From Eledone cirrhosa (Eukaryota): a stretch of DNA of 64,000 nt. The stretch is from the NCBI GenBank assembly GCA_964016885.1, contig OZ024742.1, positions 191,766,001 through 191,830,000 of the forward strand, given 5' to 3'. The notes below the pieces were generated by a model that was given only the letters and a program-made list of their open reading frames with translations, did not search any database and was not told the DNA's origin. The first letter of the stretch is position 1, and every line of letters starts with the position of its first letter. Below are positions 13,059 through 30,374 of this stretch, piece after piece. The position numbers and the translations under genes are program-made.

Positions 13059-14489
13059 AATTTATTAATGAATGAACACTTATATTACCTCCTTTTCACC
13101 CAAGAGACATACAGATACATATGCAAATATTGTGGGTCAACATTCATTACAGCATTTAGAGTGGCAGTACACACTTAGAGAATACATTCATATTAAAAGA
13201 TACAATCAAAAATACAAGTTAAAATACAACATGAAAATAAGCGGTTATATAGTGCAAAGGTTATATGTGTGGCAAGCACGTGCGTCTTGTTTATATAGTG
13301 TGGCAGAGAGTTACGTGTAGTAGAAGCACTTAAGTAGGTAAACAAGAGTGTTAGATTGGTTGATCTGGTGACAAATTCTTTATATGATTGTTATAGTCTG
13401 TGTGTGGAGAAATAATATAAGCATTAAAAATAGTGCAAGCATTAAAAATATTCGAAATGCGCAGCGAAGGGATGATATGGACTTCATGTACTTCGACATT
13501 TTCATAGTCTGGGGAGTGTATTTTTCAGATTATATGCCCCTCACATAATCCACGACGATTCGATATTGAGCGTTTGACAATCCAGTTAGAGAATCGTAGT
13601 CTGATGTTCTTTAGTTCAATACAGGAGGATGTTACGTTTCGAGAATCTACATCGAAATACTACCCGGAAGTGTGTGTGTGGCTAAGGGGAGTTAATGCAT
13701 GAGGGGAAGTAACTCCGATGTTTCTATTACTAAGTATTGAAATGTGTCTCAAAATAGACCCTAACTTCTATGGTTATGCGCAATTTCTAAAACATTTCTA
13801 AAATTTAAAGTGTTATAACTATAGAGTAGTCTATTAAGTTGTGCTGAAGTTGTTCGTATTATTATGGTGATTAACCCCCATCGTAGAGTGCCACAAATGA
13901 ATATTACAGACGGCGAGCGAGGATTCTAACTTAATGATCTCTGTGGTTGTAGTCTACTGAAAGGACCAGGCGCGGTGATTGCAGAATCACTTCAACACAC
14001 AATGATCTCTGGTAAGTTCTGGGTCATTGCTTGCTACATTGGATGTCGAAAGATGATCATCACCAGGGCCGACCAGAGGTCAATCCGCAGTCCTCATGAC
14101 CCCAATCTGACCATCAAATCATCCATATATGTACAACCCATGCGCCACCTGCAATACATTCATTCCCTGCACTCATCGTACCGGTCATACTGCTCATCAG
14201 CGTTACTAGATTAATTCGTTTTTCATCTGTCCAACGATGGCACCTCCTCCGCACAACACTAACAAGACAATCAATTCATGCTTTAATTACCTATAGAGCG
14301 GTGTAGTGCAGTTCAAGTGGGTGGATGTTGTCACACGTAAAGTAGAGGTACAAATGGGTATTCGCCCTGCGAAGGGTTCTAGAGGGATGTCGCTGTTTGT
14401 GTTATATTAGATCAGATAGTGTTGGGTATGTGGTATATGGTGTGCCCCTGGTGTTTGATGCTAGAGGTGGTGTTTGGTTCAAGTCCGAC

Positions 14490-14860
14490 ATTGCTATATA
14501 TTGGGCTTAAAGTTTTGGAAGGAATGTCTGAAGCGGTGCTGGCAAGTTGCAAACACTTCAGATTTTTTGTTAAGTAGGTTACGGTTAGAGAAGATAATAT
14601 TGTGGGTCTCTAGTATACAGAGGTTACAAAATTTATTAGGTGGTTTTTACGAAGTCGCGCTACCTATCACTTCCTATTTGAGTGTGTAAGGTTTATTTTC
14701 AGATTTTAGATAGTGTATGTAGCTAGATAGTGAGGTGGAGTTGGCTAGACTGTGCTTTTTGAACGAGTGGATGTGCGAATTATATCTGATTTTGAAGCAG
14801 TTAGAAGTGGAGCCTACATAGGTTTCTGAAGAGTTGCTAGTTGTGACGGTGCATGAGTAT
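14490..14860 (-). pseudogene. GIY-YIG endonuclease fragment of a Hydra-like PLE (second family)
   Basis: YSCTVTTSNSSETYVGSTSNCFKIRYNSHIHSF..SLSSYIHYLK..CNLCILE..LLNKKSEVFATCQHR with stops; 5' end abuts (TA)n. Confidence 0.7.
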
Positions 14861-15852
14861 ATATATATATATATATATATAGTGACGAAACATAAGTCAA
14901 TTGCATGAACTCATAATCCTTTATTTACTGGTATATATATTTCGATGAGTGCTCCCTATCCGCATACTGAAGTACTGGATTTTACCAACACTTACTTTCT
15001 TGTTTATATATATATATATATATATAGTAATAAATGTGAAGACTAAAATACAAAGAGGGCTCGCTAAGGATAAATATATATCGAATATATAAGAACCCTA
15101 GAGCAGTTTCAGAAGATCCCGTTGAGGGTGAAAGCAGCGATTCTTTGCTTAAACTTTAATCTGTTATTTTAATATATATATATGCGTATATGCGTATATG
15201 TGGGCGTATATAAATTTATAATTAAATATTTAAAATATTGAAGGTGCTACGTTTTATTTGTGAATTGGGTAATTGCTGGCCTTGTGCCTAAAGTAGAAAC
15301 AATTATTACTTTTAATTTAAAAACATCCTGCATTTAAACTACTTCTTTGGGAAGGAAACCTAGTTTCCAATATATTATATCTGTGGAAGCAATTATCGCT
15401 ATTTTATTTCTAATTTTAAACCGTTTATATATTTCAAACATTAATTTATTTTATTGAAAAGATATGTAGATAGAATATAAATATATCTATATTTGTTTGT
15501 ACTCTTCGTCTAGATTTTCAGATAACATGGCAGTCAGCAGTTTTAAATGAATTTAGGAAGCATTCTGCTTTACATTAAAACGGTATCACTATTATTGCTT
15601 AACTGCAAGAGGTTCTATTATAGAAAGTTCTTTGCTAGGAAAAAAGATATGCTACAATAATATTACAATGGGTGTTAATCTCATGTATCTTGTTTGTTCC
15701 TGTAGGGTCTAATGTGATATTTTTAGAAACTGTTTAAGAATATACTTATATAAAATTATATTTATATTCAATTATAGAAAATATCGTCATTTGAAAATTT
15801 GGTAACACACTACTCTCTCCCTCTCTCCTCTCTCCTTCGCTCTCCCCTCCCA

Positions 15853-17969
<2,117 letters not shown>

Positions 17970-18061
17970 GTTAAAATACTGGAGTGTGTTGGAGTTAAAC
18001 ACCCTCTTCGTATTATAGAAATGACAGTAAAAGGTATAGCTCAATGTAGTTAAACAGAGCC

Positions 18062-18100
<39 letters not shown>

Positions 18101-18419
18101 CTCAATTTATTTATACATATTTTTTAATGACTATGTGAGACCGTTACTCTGAAATTTCAATTGCGCGTCTCAGGAATATCAAGCAAGAAAGGTTGAAATA
18201 TAAAGTAATAGGATTCACCATTTAGCTATTCAATGAATATTTAACCTCTAATTCAGTATTGTGTACTTTTTGTCACGCCCGTCAATTATACAGGTATGTG
18301 TTGTTGTTTTTCTTTTTGTGGTGGGGACTTTCCGATGCTCGTTCCTTAATTAAGAAATGAATTTTCTCAAATAATCAGTGATTTACTGATTAATTAAAGG
18401 TGGAATCGTTTTCCTTTTT

Positions 18420-18920
18420 CTTCTTCAACCTCATATTCCTCAAATACTCTTTCCAGCAAGCCCTTTCAAAGTAACCGCCTCCAATTGATCCGGCTGGATC
18501 CCCAAAAGAGACCAGCCAATCTTAAGGATGTTATCCAACCATCTCGCTCGGGGTCTATCCTAGTGTCTCCTGCTGGCTAGTTTTTTCGGTAAAATCGGTC
18601 CAGCGATTCTTTCCTGAAACATTCTAACCTCATACACATAGTATAGGAGCTGTAATCTCTCAATTAGGAGAAGTAGCGGTTTTATCTGGAGTGACTCTCT
18701 GATCTTCAAACTACGCACTCTATTAAGTAACGTTACTCCAAAAGAGTCCGAATACTGGTCCTTGATGAAGTCACCGTAGCGATAGATGTAGTTAAAACTG
18801 AGTCATATATCCTAATGTGAGACTTCACTGGATATGTTGGTACTGACCACTTGACATGGACTGGAGTGATTGGAAGAAATGGTGACCCCGATCTAAATAT
18901 GAAAAGAGAGGCCTTATTAG
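18420..18920 (-). mobile_element. RTE-type LINE 3' fragment, with an adjacent + strand APE-like piece at ~18830-18920
   Basis: Minus frame RMFQERIAGPIL..RPRARWLDNILKIGWSLLG ending in a (GAA)-like tail. Homologous to 53950-54485. Confidence 0.6.
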
Positions 18921-19516
18921 AAAGGTGGAATCTGTTGGTTATAATTAGTACATACAGAAATATAGCTTTCTTGTTTATTTAAAGTCATTGTTTTTATATT
19001 CTTTTGTGAATAGTATTTGTGATTTAGCATGTACACGTCATATGAATGAAACAATTCTAGCCCCATAGATTTAATTCTTATATGAAGTAAATATGAATCT
19101 GCTCTACTAATGTATTAGCGGCCATATTTCACTGTTGTTCGCTTCCATTACTAACCTGACACACACAAGCAGCCCCAAAACACACACAAATCTATAGTCC
19201 CACACTCCCATAACACATACACACATATATACTGTCACACCCCGCCCTCCCACCCCAAAAAACACACATATATAATATACATATTTGTTTATGCGTGGGT
19301 GTGCACTTCATATATGTGTGAGTAGTAATTTACATTTTGTGCGTCTTAAATTTTTTGTTTGTTCATTTTATTCTTACTTTTACATGCATAGATTATATAT
19401 TTTATGACTGCTCGTTCATCCGTGAAGATTTTCACAGTGAGGCTTGTAAAGTAGTTGTGCCGATATTGAAATTTTCTCTTAGATCTAATATAGCCGTGAG
19501 TTGTATATTATATATA

Positions 19517-19631
<115 letters not shown>

Positions 19632-19861
19632 CAGCTTTATACGGCTCGGTAAAATACGAGGCCAAAATATTTATAATGAAGTATATATATATAGTATAGT
19701 TCGGTATGCCGAGTTTGGGAAGGTAGGTGATCCACGTTTGTTTTGCCGAATGTGGAAGGAGGGTGCGGTTTCGTTTGGGTGTTTGCTTAGTGTTTGTGGA
19801 CTGATAGGAGTAATAATGACCTCTCTATCTCCTTCTCTCCCTCTCTCTCTATATATATATG

Positions 19862-19934
<73 letters not shown>

Positions 19935-19949
19935 TTACATATATATACT

Positions 19950-20003
<54 letters not shown>

Positions 20004-20072
20004 TTATACTCTGCTATGTATTGAGTACCTTATTCACTGTCGTTACCCCCGATTGAACCCACCAAAAATATA

Positions 20073-20955
20073 CGAGGTGGGTCAGAAAAGTTCCAGGACT
20101 GATGTCACAAAAGATTTATTTCAAACCCGTACTTCACACTAAGAGTTTTCTCCTTCAAAGTAATACCCCTGGCGTCTAATGCACATTTCCATTCTTTTTT
20201 GCCACACCTGATGCATTCCGGTATTCTTCCGGGATCCTCCGCAGTTCCGTCGTGACGGCCTTTTTGATGTCGTCCACCTCTTCAAAACTGGTCCCCTCCG
20301 TGTCGTACTCGAAGGTCCATGACTCATCACCGGTCACGACTGTCCCTAGCAAGTCTGGTTCGGTTTCAAGACGCTCGAGGATGTCCCTCCACACTTGCAT
20401 GCGTCGAACCGTCTGGTCATCGTTCAGCAGTTTTGGCACCATCTTCGTGCAGACTTTCCGCATGTCCAAATCTTCAGTGAGAATCTTCCAGACGCTGTCC
20501 CGATTCATGCCCAGCTCATTTGCCATCAGTCGAACATTCAGCTGACGATCGCTACGCACCATCTGCCTGACCTGCTCAACGTTGATTTCGGTCCTGGTTG
20601 TTGAGGGCCTTCCGCTCCTGGCGTAATCTTCCACGTCCTCGCGTCCTTCTTTAAACCTCTTGCACCACTCAAAACACGTGAGCGTGAGATCGTCTCATCT
20701 CCATACACTTGCTGCAGCAATCCCAGTGCTTCTGACGGAGTTTTCAAGTTTGTTCGTGGCTCTGTGCTTTACGGTCTGAAACAGAGGACATGTATATACA
20801 ATTATGAAGAAAAAAGTTTGATCGCTGCAGAGAGCTAAGATTGCAGTTACACACTCTAGGGGGATTACTTGGAAGGAGAAAACTCTTAGTGTGAAGTTTG
20901 GATTTGAAATAAATCTTTCGTGACATCAGTCCTGGAACTTTTCTGATTCACCTCG
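20073..20955 (-). mobile_element. Internally deleted mariner-type DNA transposon
   Basis: TA on both sides and ~98-bp TIRs beginning CGAGGTG. Frameshifted transposase has HTH (RSGRPST), MVPKLL (WVP-like motif), VVTGDESW and terminal GYYFEG; the central catalytic region is deleted. Confidence 0.9.
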
Positions 20956-20965
20956 TATATATATA

Positions 20966-21055
<90 letters not shown>

Positions 21056-21057
<2 letters not shown>

Positions 21058-21310
21058 GTTATACTTGGGGAGGGTCATATTTGTGTAATATTGCCAGAAT
21101 TAATAACAGAACACACTCACTGTTTGGTTGGTTTTTGCTTCTCGCTTCTGTGTCTTTTATATCGGTAATCTAATATACTCGGTCCTCAATGTTGCCATTG
21201 ACTGACCGACGGTCAACAATAATAGAGATACAATATAGACACAAACACATATATATAGTTTATCATAAATCTTTCGTTGCGCATCTGCAACATCGTCAGT
21301 GGTGCTATCT
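21056..21310 (-). mobile_element. PLE pLTR fragment with hammerhead-like motif
   Basis: Minus strand CA CUGACGA UGUUGC..GCAAC GAAA at ~21270-21305. Same family as the 38975-39415 fold-back and 37395-37560. Confidence 0.55.
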
Positions 21311-21439
21311 TTTCCTCCTGTTGTATTGTATGTCTACGCCATTTTAATTCAGTCTGTCTATATATTTATTTATTTATTTGCTTGTTTGTTTATTTTATTT
21401 TGTCTTCTTTGCGAATGCGTTTGCGTGTGTGTATAGTGT

Positions 21440-21965
<526 letters not shown>

Positions 21966-22085
21966 TATACATATATACATATATATATATAAGCAAAAGG
22001 GATATTCAATTTGTTGGTAATTCAACAAATATAAATGTTTATAACTGATTCAAAGCACTCGACAAGTATTCTGGAGTATAATATT

Positions 22086-22307
22086 CAATGATATTAAATA
22101 AATGGAAACTATATTTATAAAACCATATTTATTCTATTATATATATTTCAAGGGTACCAAAACTTTGGTACGCTCTCATCAGATAAAATACAAAATAAAC
22201 TTTGTATTTTATCTGAAGAGAGCGTGCCAAAATGTTGGTACCCTTGAAATATATATAATAGAATAAATATGGTTTTATAAATATAGTTTCCATTTATTTA
22301 ATATCAT
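22086..22307. mobile_element. Fold-back with a hammerhead-like motif in each arm
   Basis: ~100-bp inverted arms containing CUGA(U/A)GA-GAGCGUACC..GGUACCCUU-GAAA-UAUAUA-UA. Confidence 0.65.
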
Positions 22308-23439
22308 AGTATATATACATAAATACATAATCGGAGAAAGCTAATAGCGATACTCCGGCCAAATTCCAACTCACTCAACAAACATTAGGAAATACCTGAG
22401 TGTATTCCCAATTAAACGTTTGGGGTGCTAACTATATTATATTGTGTGAATAATTGGCTGTATTATTTCATGTATCATTTCCCAGACGACTCGTTTCATT
22501 ATAAAATTTCTACAAGTTGGGTGAAATTATACCAAGTTGTGTAGGACTTGTATAAGATCAACAGATACTTATTCAAGTGGGCTCTTATAAATTTTCAGTG
22601 GGTAACCCAATAATATTAATATTGATAACCAAATGAACATCAATATTTAGCGATAATCACCATCAGTGTTTGAGGGAGCTGCTAGGTTGTTAGTCCAGCA
22701 GTTCTAAAGAAAATCTCACACTGTCCCGAAAATGGGAGGAAGGAGGCTACCGCCAAAACCAATACGTGCGCAGGTCGTTGAACTCTGACAAGAAGTAAAG
22801 CCACGTGCTAAGAACTCAATTGGATATTAAAAAATATTCATATGTACGCACCGCTATATATATATATAAAACGAAGGAAATGTGGTAAGGAACCAAGTTG
22901 ACCATAATGCACCAGAGTACTCAATACTTAGGATAGTAGAGTGGGTAATAGGAAAATGTTCAAGACCCCAACGGCAGAGCTCAAGCCGTTTCGGCATATA
23001 CATATATATATATATATATTAAAATAACAGATTAAAGTTTAAGCAAGGAATCGCTGCTTTCACCCTTAACGGGATTTCTGAAACTAATATTTGCTCTACG
23101 GTTCTTATATATTTGATATATATTTATCCTTATCGAGCCCTCTTTGGATTTTAGTCTTCAAATTTATTATTATTACTATTTATATATATATGGTATTAGT
23201 ATTGATGCTCTGAAATAGCGATGTACACATGAATGTATGTATAGTATATTTGGCAATATACTGTATGTTTAAACATATAGTATATTGCCAAATATACTAT
23301 ATATACGTTCATGTATACTATTTCAGAGCATCAATACTAATACCTAATTTTTGCTGGACCGACAATCACTCTGTATAATAAGCTCCTGATTATTACTGGA
23401 GTTCTATAAGAATCCAGCTTCTAGAATTCTCGGCAAAGG

Positions 23440-23506
23440 CAACTGAGTGTGGGGTCTTGACAAACGGTCACAAGCCTGAAACAGACCGTACGATCACTCT
23501 CAGTTG
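23440..23506 (+). ncRNA. Hammerhead-like motif with U3:A8 core in a PLE remnant
   Basis: CAACUGAG..GUC UUGACAA ACGGUCACAAGCCU GAAA CAGACCG UA CGAUCACU CUCAGUUG; imperfect stems. Confidence 0.45.
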
Positions 23507-23599
23507 TTATTTGCCAAGATTAAGTAAGTGACATAGACACTACTTTAAAACACATAGCGAATGGTCTTCTAAAGGTTTTTAATTAAACATACACTATAT

Positions 23600-23636
<37 letters not shown>

Positions 23637-23805
23637 ACATTAACAGAGAAAGCCTTAAGCTTTACTCTGACTTACTACGATCTCACTCAACAAACATTAG
23701 GATATACCTTAGTATAATCCCAATTATATGTTTGGGGTGCTAACTATATGTATTTTGTGGAAAGCCAGTTGTATTATTTTATATGAGATATAATTAAATT
23801 TTAAA

Positions 23806-23849
<44 letters not shown>

Positions 23850-24089
23850 CATGATGTTATTCTTTATAAAGATTTGGTGCTTATACGTGATACACAAATC
23901 CTCATAAATCAAGATCGCATTAATTTTTTCAAAAAATTTCTAACGTACTTTGAGAAGGGAGGGGGCATCTTGTCTATGTAGGAGACTCCCATTGTGATGA
24001 CGTATTTCTGGTTTCTGGTTCGTACACACACACTCACAGCTTAGCGGACTATCAACTCACTTTCCAGAATCTTCATGGCTATGAAAAAG

Positions 24090-24516
<427 letters not shown>

Positions 24517-25264
24517 CGAGCGTGTGCATGGGTGCGTCTGCGTCCTAGCATATTTTGGTACTAGATTTACTGGAGTACTCAGGGAGCTGGTGTTTTATGC
24601 TAAAGCACTTATCGAATGAACGACATCAAGAAACAAGGAATATTTATGTATCTAGCAAAAATATTGATTATTCCAGAATGACCTATATATTACCATTAAA
24701 GTCATAGATTGTTGCAGATCACAGAATATAAAAATGACATGAAATTTCTATGCGTGTGGATCTTACCTACATACATATATACATAAATAGATAAATACGT
24801 GCATACATAGGATATCTAACAGTCAGATTCGTTGGATTCGTCGAGACCCTAATACCAGTCAACCAAAATATAGTATATATAATATACACGACTCTACTAC
24901 ATGTATGGCGTCACTGCATTTGTAAATGTTTGTTGTTATTTATAATACATCTAAATCTACAACCTAACTTTAACATCTTCCTCTGACGTTATCTATCTAT
25001 ATATTTATCTATCTCTATATATATCTATCGATCTATCTGTCTATCTATCTATGCAGGTACAAATATAAACATGCGTAAGCATTCATACCAACATTGGCAC
25101 GCATATCTGCACACACTCTCTCATAATAACGCACACCTTACATCTACATACATACAGTCATACAAATTCACACACTGACGCAAATTTATGCACACATATA
25201 TATGCATGCGTAAGCAGTTTAATCTCGTTTATATATTTCGATTTTGGAGTAGACTAATGTTTAG

Positions 25265-25945
25265 CAATAACAATAATTTCTTTTATTGGCCACAAGCGTC
25301 CAAGATGTTGGGGGCAAATACATGAATTAGGGTCAGCTGAAGAGTTCATATGCTGCTCAAAATACTATCAGGGAATGACCAAATGAGGTTTATTTTAACA
25401 ACATTGTGTATGAAAAGAAGCTATACTGTTATTAATAAGTGTTGAAATTAATGCATGCAAGATTTGCAGCTGTAACATCACTCATTCGTAATCAGCCTAT
25501 GAACATTTCAGTCGGCTATCTCATAAAGTGTGGGTTTACATTGAGTAAAAATGATCAAAATCAATAAAGAGTCTAAATGTAGCTATAAATTTCCAACAAG
25601 AAATATCGGGGAAGCACCACACCGATTTGTGTGAATCGGGACTAAATCCCAAATCAAAATCTCGGATTAGTCTGCGTAACCAATGTGGACTTTCCTACTG
25701 TACCTGCTCTTTTAAAATGCATTCAGTTTCGTCTAGAAGGCAGAATCTCCAACACTACCCTCATTTTCCTCCTGAAGATATACTTGAAGTTAATAAGGAC
25801 GGACTCAGAGAAGAAAGTTTCTGTCCAAGGAAACAGGGTGGTTTGATTTTCAAAATAATCAACTGATTCTCCAGAATGTTCTATGCTTGGCGCATTGAGA
25901 TATCAAACAATCCAAATACTAGCAGAGAAACAAATGCGCGGCAAA
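25265..25945 (-). mobile_element. Decayed 3' end of a Tx1/L1-like LINE
   Basis: Minus frame TETFFSESVLINFKYIFRRKMRVVLEILPS resembles the peptide at 1-200. Ends ...gtggccaataaaagaaattattgtt. Confidence 0.4.
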
Positions 25946-26820
25946 AGATGATGATCATCATTCTCATTATTATAATGAGAGACATAATTTCAAAATACCC
26001 CAATCGATGCAACAAACAACATTATCGACATGATGATCATCATCATCATCATCGGTATCGCGAGTACATCGACTTTCATCAAATTGGACCGAGGAAACAA
26101 TGTTTCCATTGGTCTTTCCAATTGCTAATACTATCTATCGGTAGCAACTCCGGGTAGAAGGAGCAACGTGAAATAAATTGTCTTGCTCAAGGGCATAACG
26201 CATCGCACAGTTCGGGAATCAAACTCACAACCTCAAGATTCCGAATCCATTTCTTTAATCACTCAGCCACGTGCCTTCACTGGTATAGTCATCCTCTTTG
26301 GCCTCATCAATAAAATCATACTAATGATCACCATTGTCGTCAACATCATCAACATTATCTGCAGTACTATATAACTACCATTACCACTAGCATAAGATCA
26401 CTTTCAACTATTACCGATAAGATCTGTTTAATATCCATTGCAGGGGGTGTAATAAAACTGCGCGTGAACTTTTGTGTATGCATGTAGGTATTATGTATGT
26501 ATGAAAGTATGTATCACATTGTGTATGTCTGTGTACATGTATGTATGTATGTATGTATGTATGTTTTTGGTTGCCGACTCTGTGAAAAACATTTTAGATC
26601 ATTGGCTGGGCCACATTCGATCGCAGCGCTGTTAGTTGCTATCGTGTGTGTATGTGTGTATAGATATGTTTATGTGTGTGCGTGTATGTGTATATATATA
26701 TATGTATATGTATATCATTATTGTTGTTGTCGTTATTATTATTGTTGTTATTATTATTATTCTTATTATTGTTATTAATGTATATGTGTGTGTGTATATA
26801 TATGTGTGTGTATATATGTA

Positions 26821-26885
<65 letters not shown>

Positions 26886-26888
<3 letters not shown>

Positions 26889-27602
26889 GTTCACTGGAGG
26901 GACCACATCAGTGATGTCGAGATTTTGGAAAGCTCTATGTGTGACAGTATAGAAGCTCTTGTGCTTAAGCAACGACTCCGTTGGAGTGGTCACCTTGCCA
27001 GGATGAAGGATTCTAGAATACCAAAACAACTCTTTTGTGGAGAGTTGGTTAAAGGAAAACGACCGCCACATAAACCAAAAAAGAGGTATAAGGATTCCTT
27101 GAAAGCCTCTCTGGAAGACGCTAACATCTCTGCTGATAGATGGGAAAATATTGCTGCTGATCGTAATAAATGGAGAAAGAATGTATATGAGGGAAAAGTT
27201 GCCTTTGAGGCATCTCGAATGGCATACGAGAAAGTAAAGCAGGATGTGAGGAAGGGCATTGCTGTTGCACTTCCAGACGGCGAGGGTCCTCCTATGGTGC
27301 TGACATGCAGCGTCTGTGCGAGACTCTGCCTAAGCAAAGTTGTACTCGAAAGTCATCTTCGCAGTCATAAAGTAAGACCAGTGGTTGACTACCAGGCTGC
27401 TGTTGGAGATGCTACTCATCATGCTTGCCAAACATCTGGTAGAGAATGTAAATCAGCAGGAGGGCTCAAGCGACATGCAAAAGTACACGAGCTCCAACCA
27501 CAGCCGATTATTCCCAGTGAAGGTTTTGGTTGCCGACTCTGTGCAAGACATTTTAGATCATTGGCTGGGCTAAAAAGCCACATTCGATCGCAGTGCTGTT
27601 AG
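26886..27602 (+). mobile_element. 5'-truncated RTE-clade LINE: ORF2 C-terminus with three C2H2 zinc fingers
   Basis: [59 protein letters not shown], then CSVCARLCLSKVVLESHLRSH, CQTSGRECKSAGGLKRHAKVH and CRLCARHFRSLAGLKSHIRS. Confidence 0.85.
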
Positions 27603-27794
27603 TTGCTATCGTGTGTGTGTGTGTGTGTGTGTGTAGATATGTTTATGTTTGTGCGTGTATGTGTATATATATATGTATAAGTATATTATTATTGTTGTTG
27701 TCGTTATTATTATTGTTGTTATTATTATTATTATTGTTATTAATGTATGTGTGTGTGTATATATGTGTGTGTGTATATGTGTATGTATGCGTGT

Positions 27795-28402
27795 CAGGTC
27801 ACCAGTTGGTGCTACTGGTAACATGTATCCCAGTACAACCTGTCTCATGGTCGGGTCGTTGGCGACTAAACTGGCAACCCCACCAAGGTTTCTTGGTGAG
27901 GAGGGTGGCTTTGGACATCCTGCAGGACTAAAAACAAAACCTGTCAAAAGGTAAAGGGGCTCTTAAGAGTCAATAGCCATCCAAAATCACCGGGAGAGAT
28001 GACCCCTTAGCCTTTGTCAAGGCAGAATTCTAGGAGAAGGAAAACTCTGATATAACACCTGCAACCCTGATGGTATCCAATGATGTTGAATTGTTCTTCT
28101 TTTTGGTAAATATCATCTTGGTTAAGAGAGTGGGACTGGCTTTGTGCAGTGCCTTTGCTCACTATAAAAGCTTCACGGCACAGGCATTGCTTTATATCTG
28201 GAGATCTCTCTGCACTTGTCGTCACATGGTACCATGGGCCCAGCACTATGTGTCAATAATTGTCACAAGTGTAGTGTCTGTGCCAGAGTTTTCAAGTCGC
28301 TGGCTGGACTAAAAAGTCACACTCCTTCAGCGCATTGGTAGGGGTTCTCTTACATGGATATAAAGTAGTGGCCGTACTCGAAAACGAGTTGACAGCCACC
28401 AT
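27795..28402 (+). mobile_element. Probable RTE deletion derivative (5'UTR-like segment joined to zinc-finger 3' end)
   Basis: The agaaggaaaactctgat motif resembles RTE 5'UTRs. HKCSVCARVFKSLAGLKSH lies near 28265-28320. The terminal gtggccgtactcgaaaacgag..cagccacc resembles 28514-28550. Confidence 0.5.
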
Positions 28403-28425
28403 TCGTGTATGTATATATATAGAGG

Positions 28426-28461
<36 letters not shown>

Positions 28462-28678
28462 TTATTTTTATTTTATTTTTTTTTTATTTATTAATTTTTT
28501 TTCTCCCCGTGCAATGGCCATACTCGATAACGAGGGGGCAGCCATCATCATGTATGTATATATGTATGTATATATGTATGAATGATATAAATGTAAATAA
28601 TTTCCAGTGAGCAACATTTAATTTCCAGCGATCAACATATATTTCCACATCAAATAAACATGGCAAATAATATATATG

Positions 28679-28713
<35 letters not shown>

Positions 28714-28820
28714 GTGTGTGTATGTGTATATCTATATGTGTATATGTGTATATCTATATATCTATATGTGTGTATATATATGTATATGTGTGTATATATA
28801 TGTGTATATGTGTATATTTG

Positions 28821-28867
<47 letters not shown>

Positions 28868-28880
28868 ATATATATTTGTG

Positions 28881-28953
<73 letters not shown>

Positions 28954-29699
28954 ATGTGTAGTTAATAAACAAAATAAATTACGTTGAAATCAATTTTATC
29001 CTAAATATAATTTAAACCACACAACTGAAATTAATAATTGAAAAATAGATTAATAAATTGAATATAAATCATTTGAGTGAATAGATCAATAAGCAATGAA
29101 TGAATGGTTGATTGAATGAATGAGTGACTAAATACGTGAATTAATCTATTATTGATGGAAGGAATTAATGAACGTATCAGTAGAATATTGGAATCGACCG
29201 TAGCCGATTTCGATGAAGGATCATCCTGCTCATAGAATGAACAAGAAAGTGGCTGGTTATTTCAGAGCCTCGATTATATATAAAATATTTCCCAGGGATA
29301 TTCGGCGTGACATTGTGTATGACGAATTTAGTCCTTTAAATTAAGGATAATGTCCATATTCTGGAAAACTTTGGCCCATGATACCATGCAGAGGGACAGA
29401 ACACGTAATGCCGTAGTTGAATAATAAGAATAGAGCCATCTCTAAACTCATGTTTAGTCATCTATAGTTCAGCCATTAGCAATAAAAACAAGAGCAATGC
29501 ATTATACATTGAAATAGAAGTCATGTATGGTATGGATGTAGGTGAGGGGATGTGAGGCGGCGAGTAAACTCTTTCTTTGTTGTCAAAGTTCTTTCTTTTT
29601 TTTTGCCAGACATTTTAAAATGTATGTAATACGTCTACTTATACGTGATGTTTACTTATTGCTCGCATACTATTCAATACCATTTGGAAGAATTTTCGT

Positions 29700-29834
<135 letters not shown>

Positions 29835-30155
29835 CATGTGTGCGTGTTTATATATATATATGTTTATATATGTGTGTGTCTGCGTGTGGCTACCATTGTA
29901 ACAAATATTTTTATTCTATTCTCATACATTCTCATACACTATTCATGTATGATGTTTTCGTAAATGCCGTCAATAACAAGAATAATAACATAAACGACAA
30001 GACCATTATTTTGTAAACATGGCGATAATTATAAAAAATAATGATTGGTTAAGTGAAGCATTGAAAGTGGAATGTTTTGTGGGTTTTTTTAATTTATGTA
30101 TTCCATTGTTTCTGAGGAAAATTTATGATGGTACAAATTTAGTGAACAGACACAC

Positions 30156-30256
<101 letters not shown>

Positions 30257-30342
30257 CATACATATATATATATATATATACATGTGTGTGTCTGTGTGTG
30301 TATATGTGTATGTGTATATATATATAGAGATAGATAGATATA

Positions 30343-30374
<32 letters not shown>

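Noticed and set aside
14100-14270. Possible PLE RT thumb fragment (SSIYVQPMRHLQYIH)
   Set aside because: Similarity is too short and degenerate to support without a search.
26676-27602. 308-aa ORF as a host zinc-finger gene
   Set aside because: The N-terminus is microsatellite and the remainder is an RTE LINE ORF2 C-terminus.
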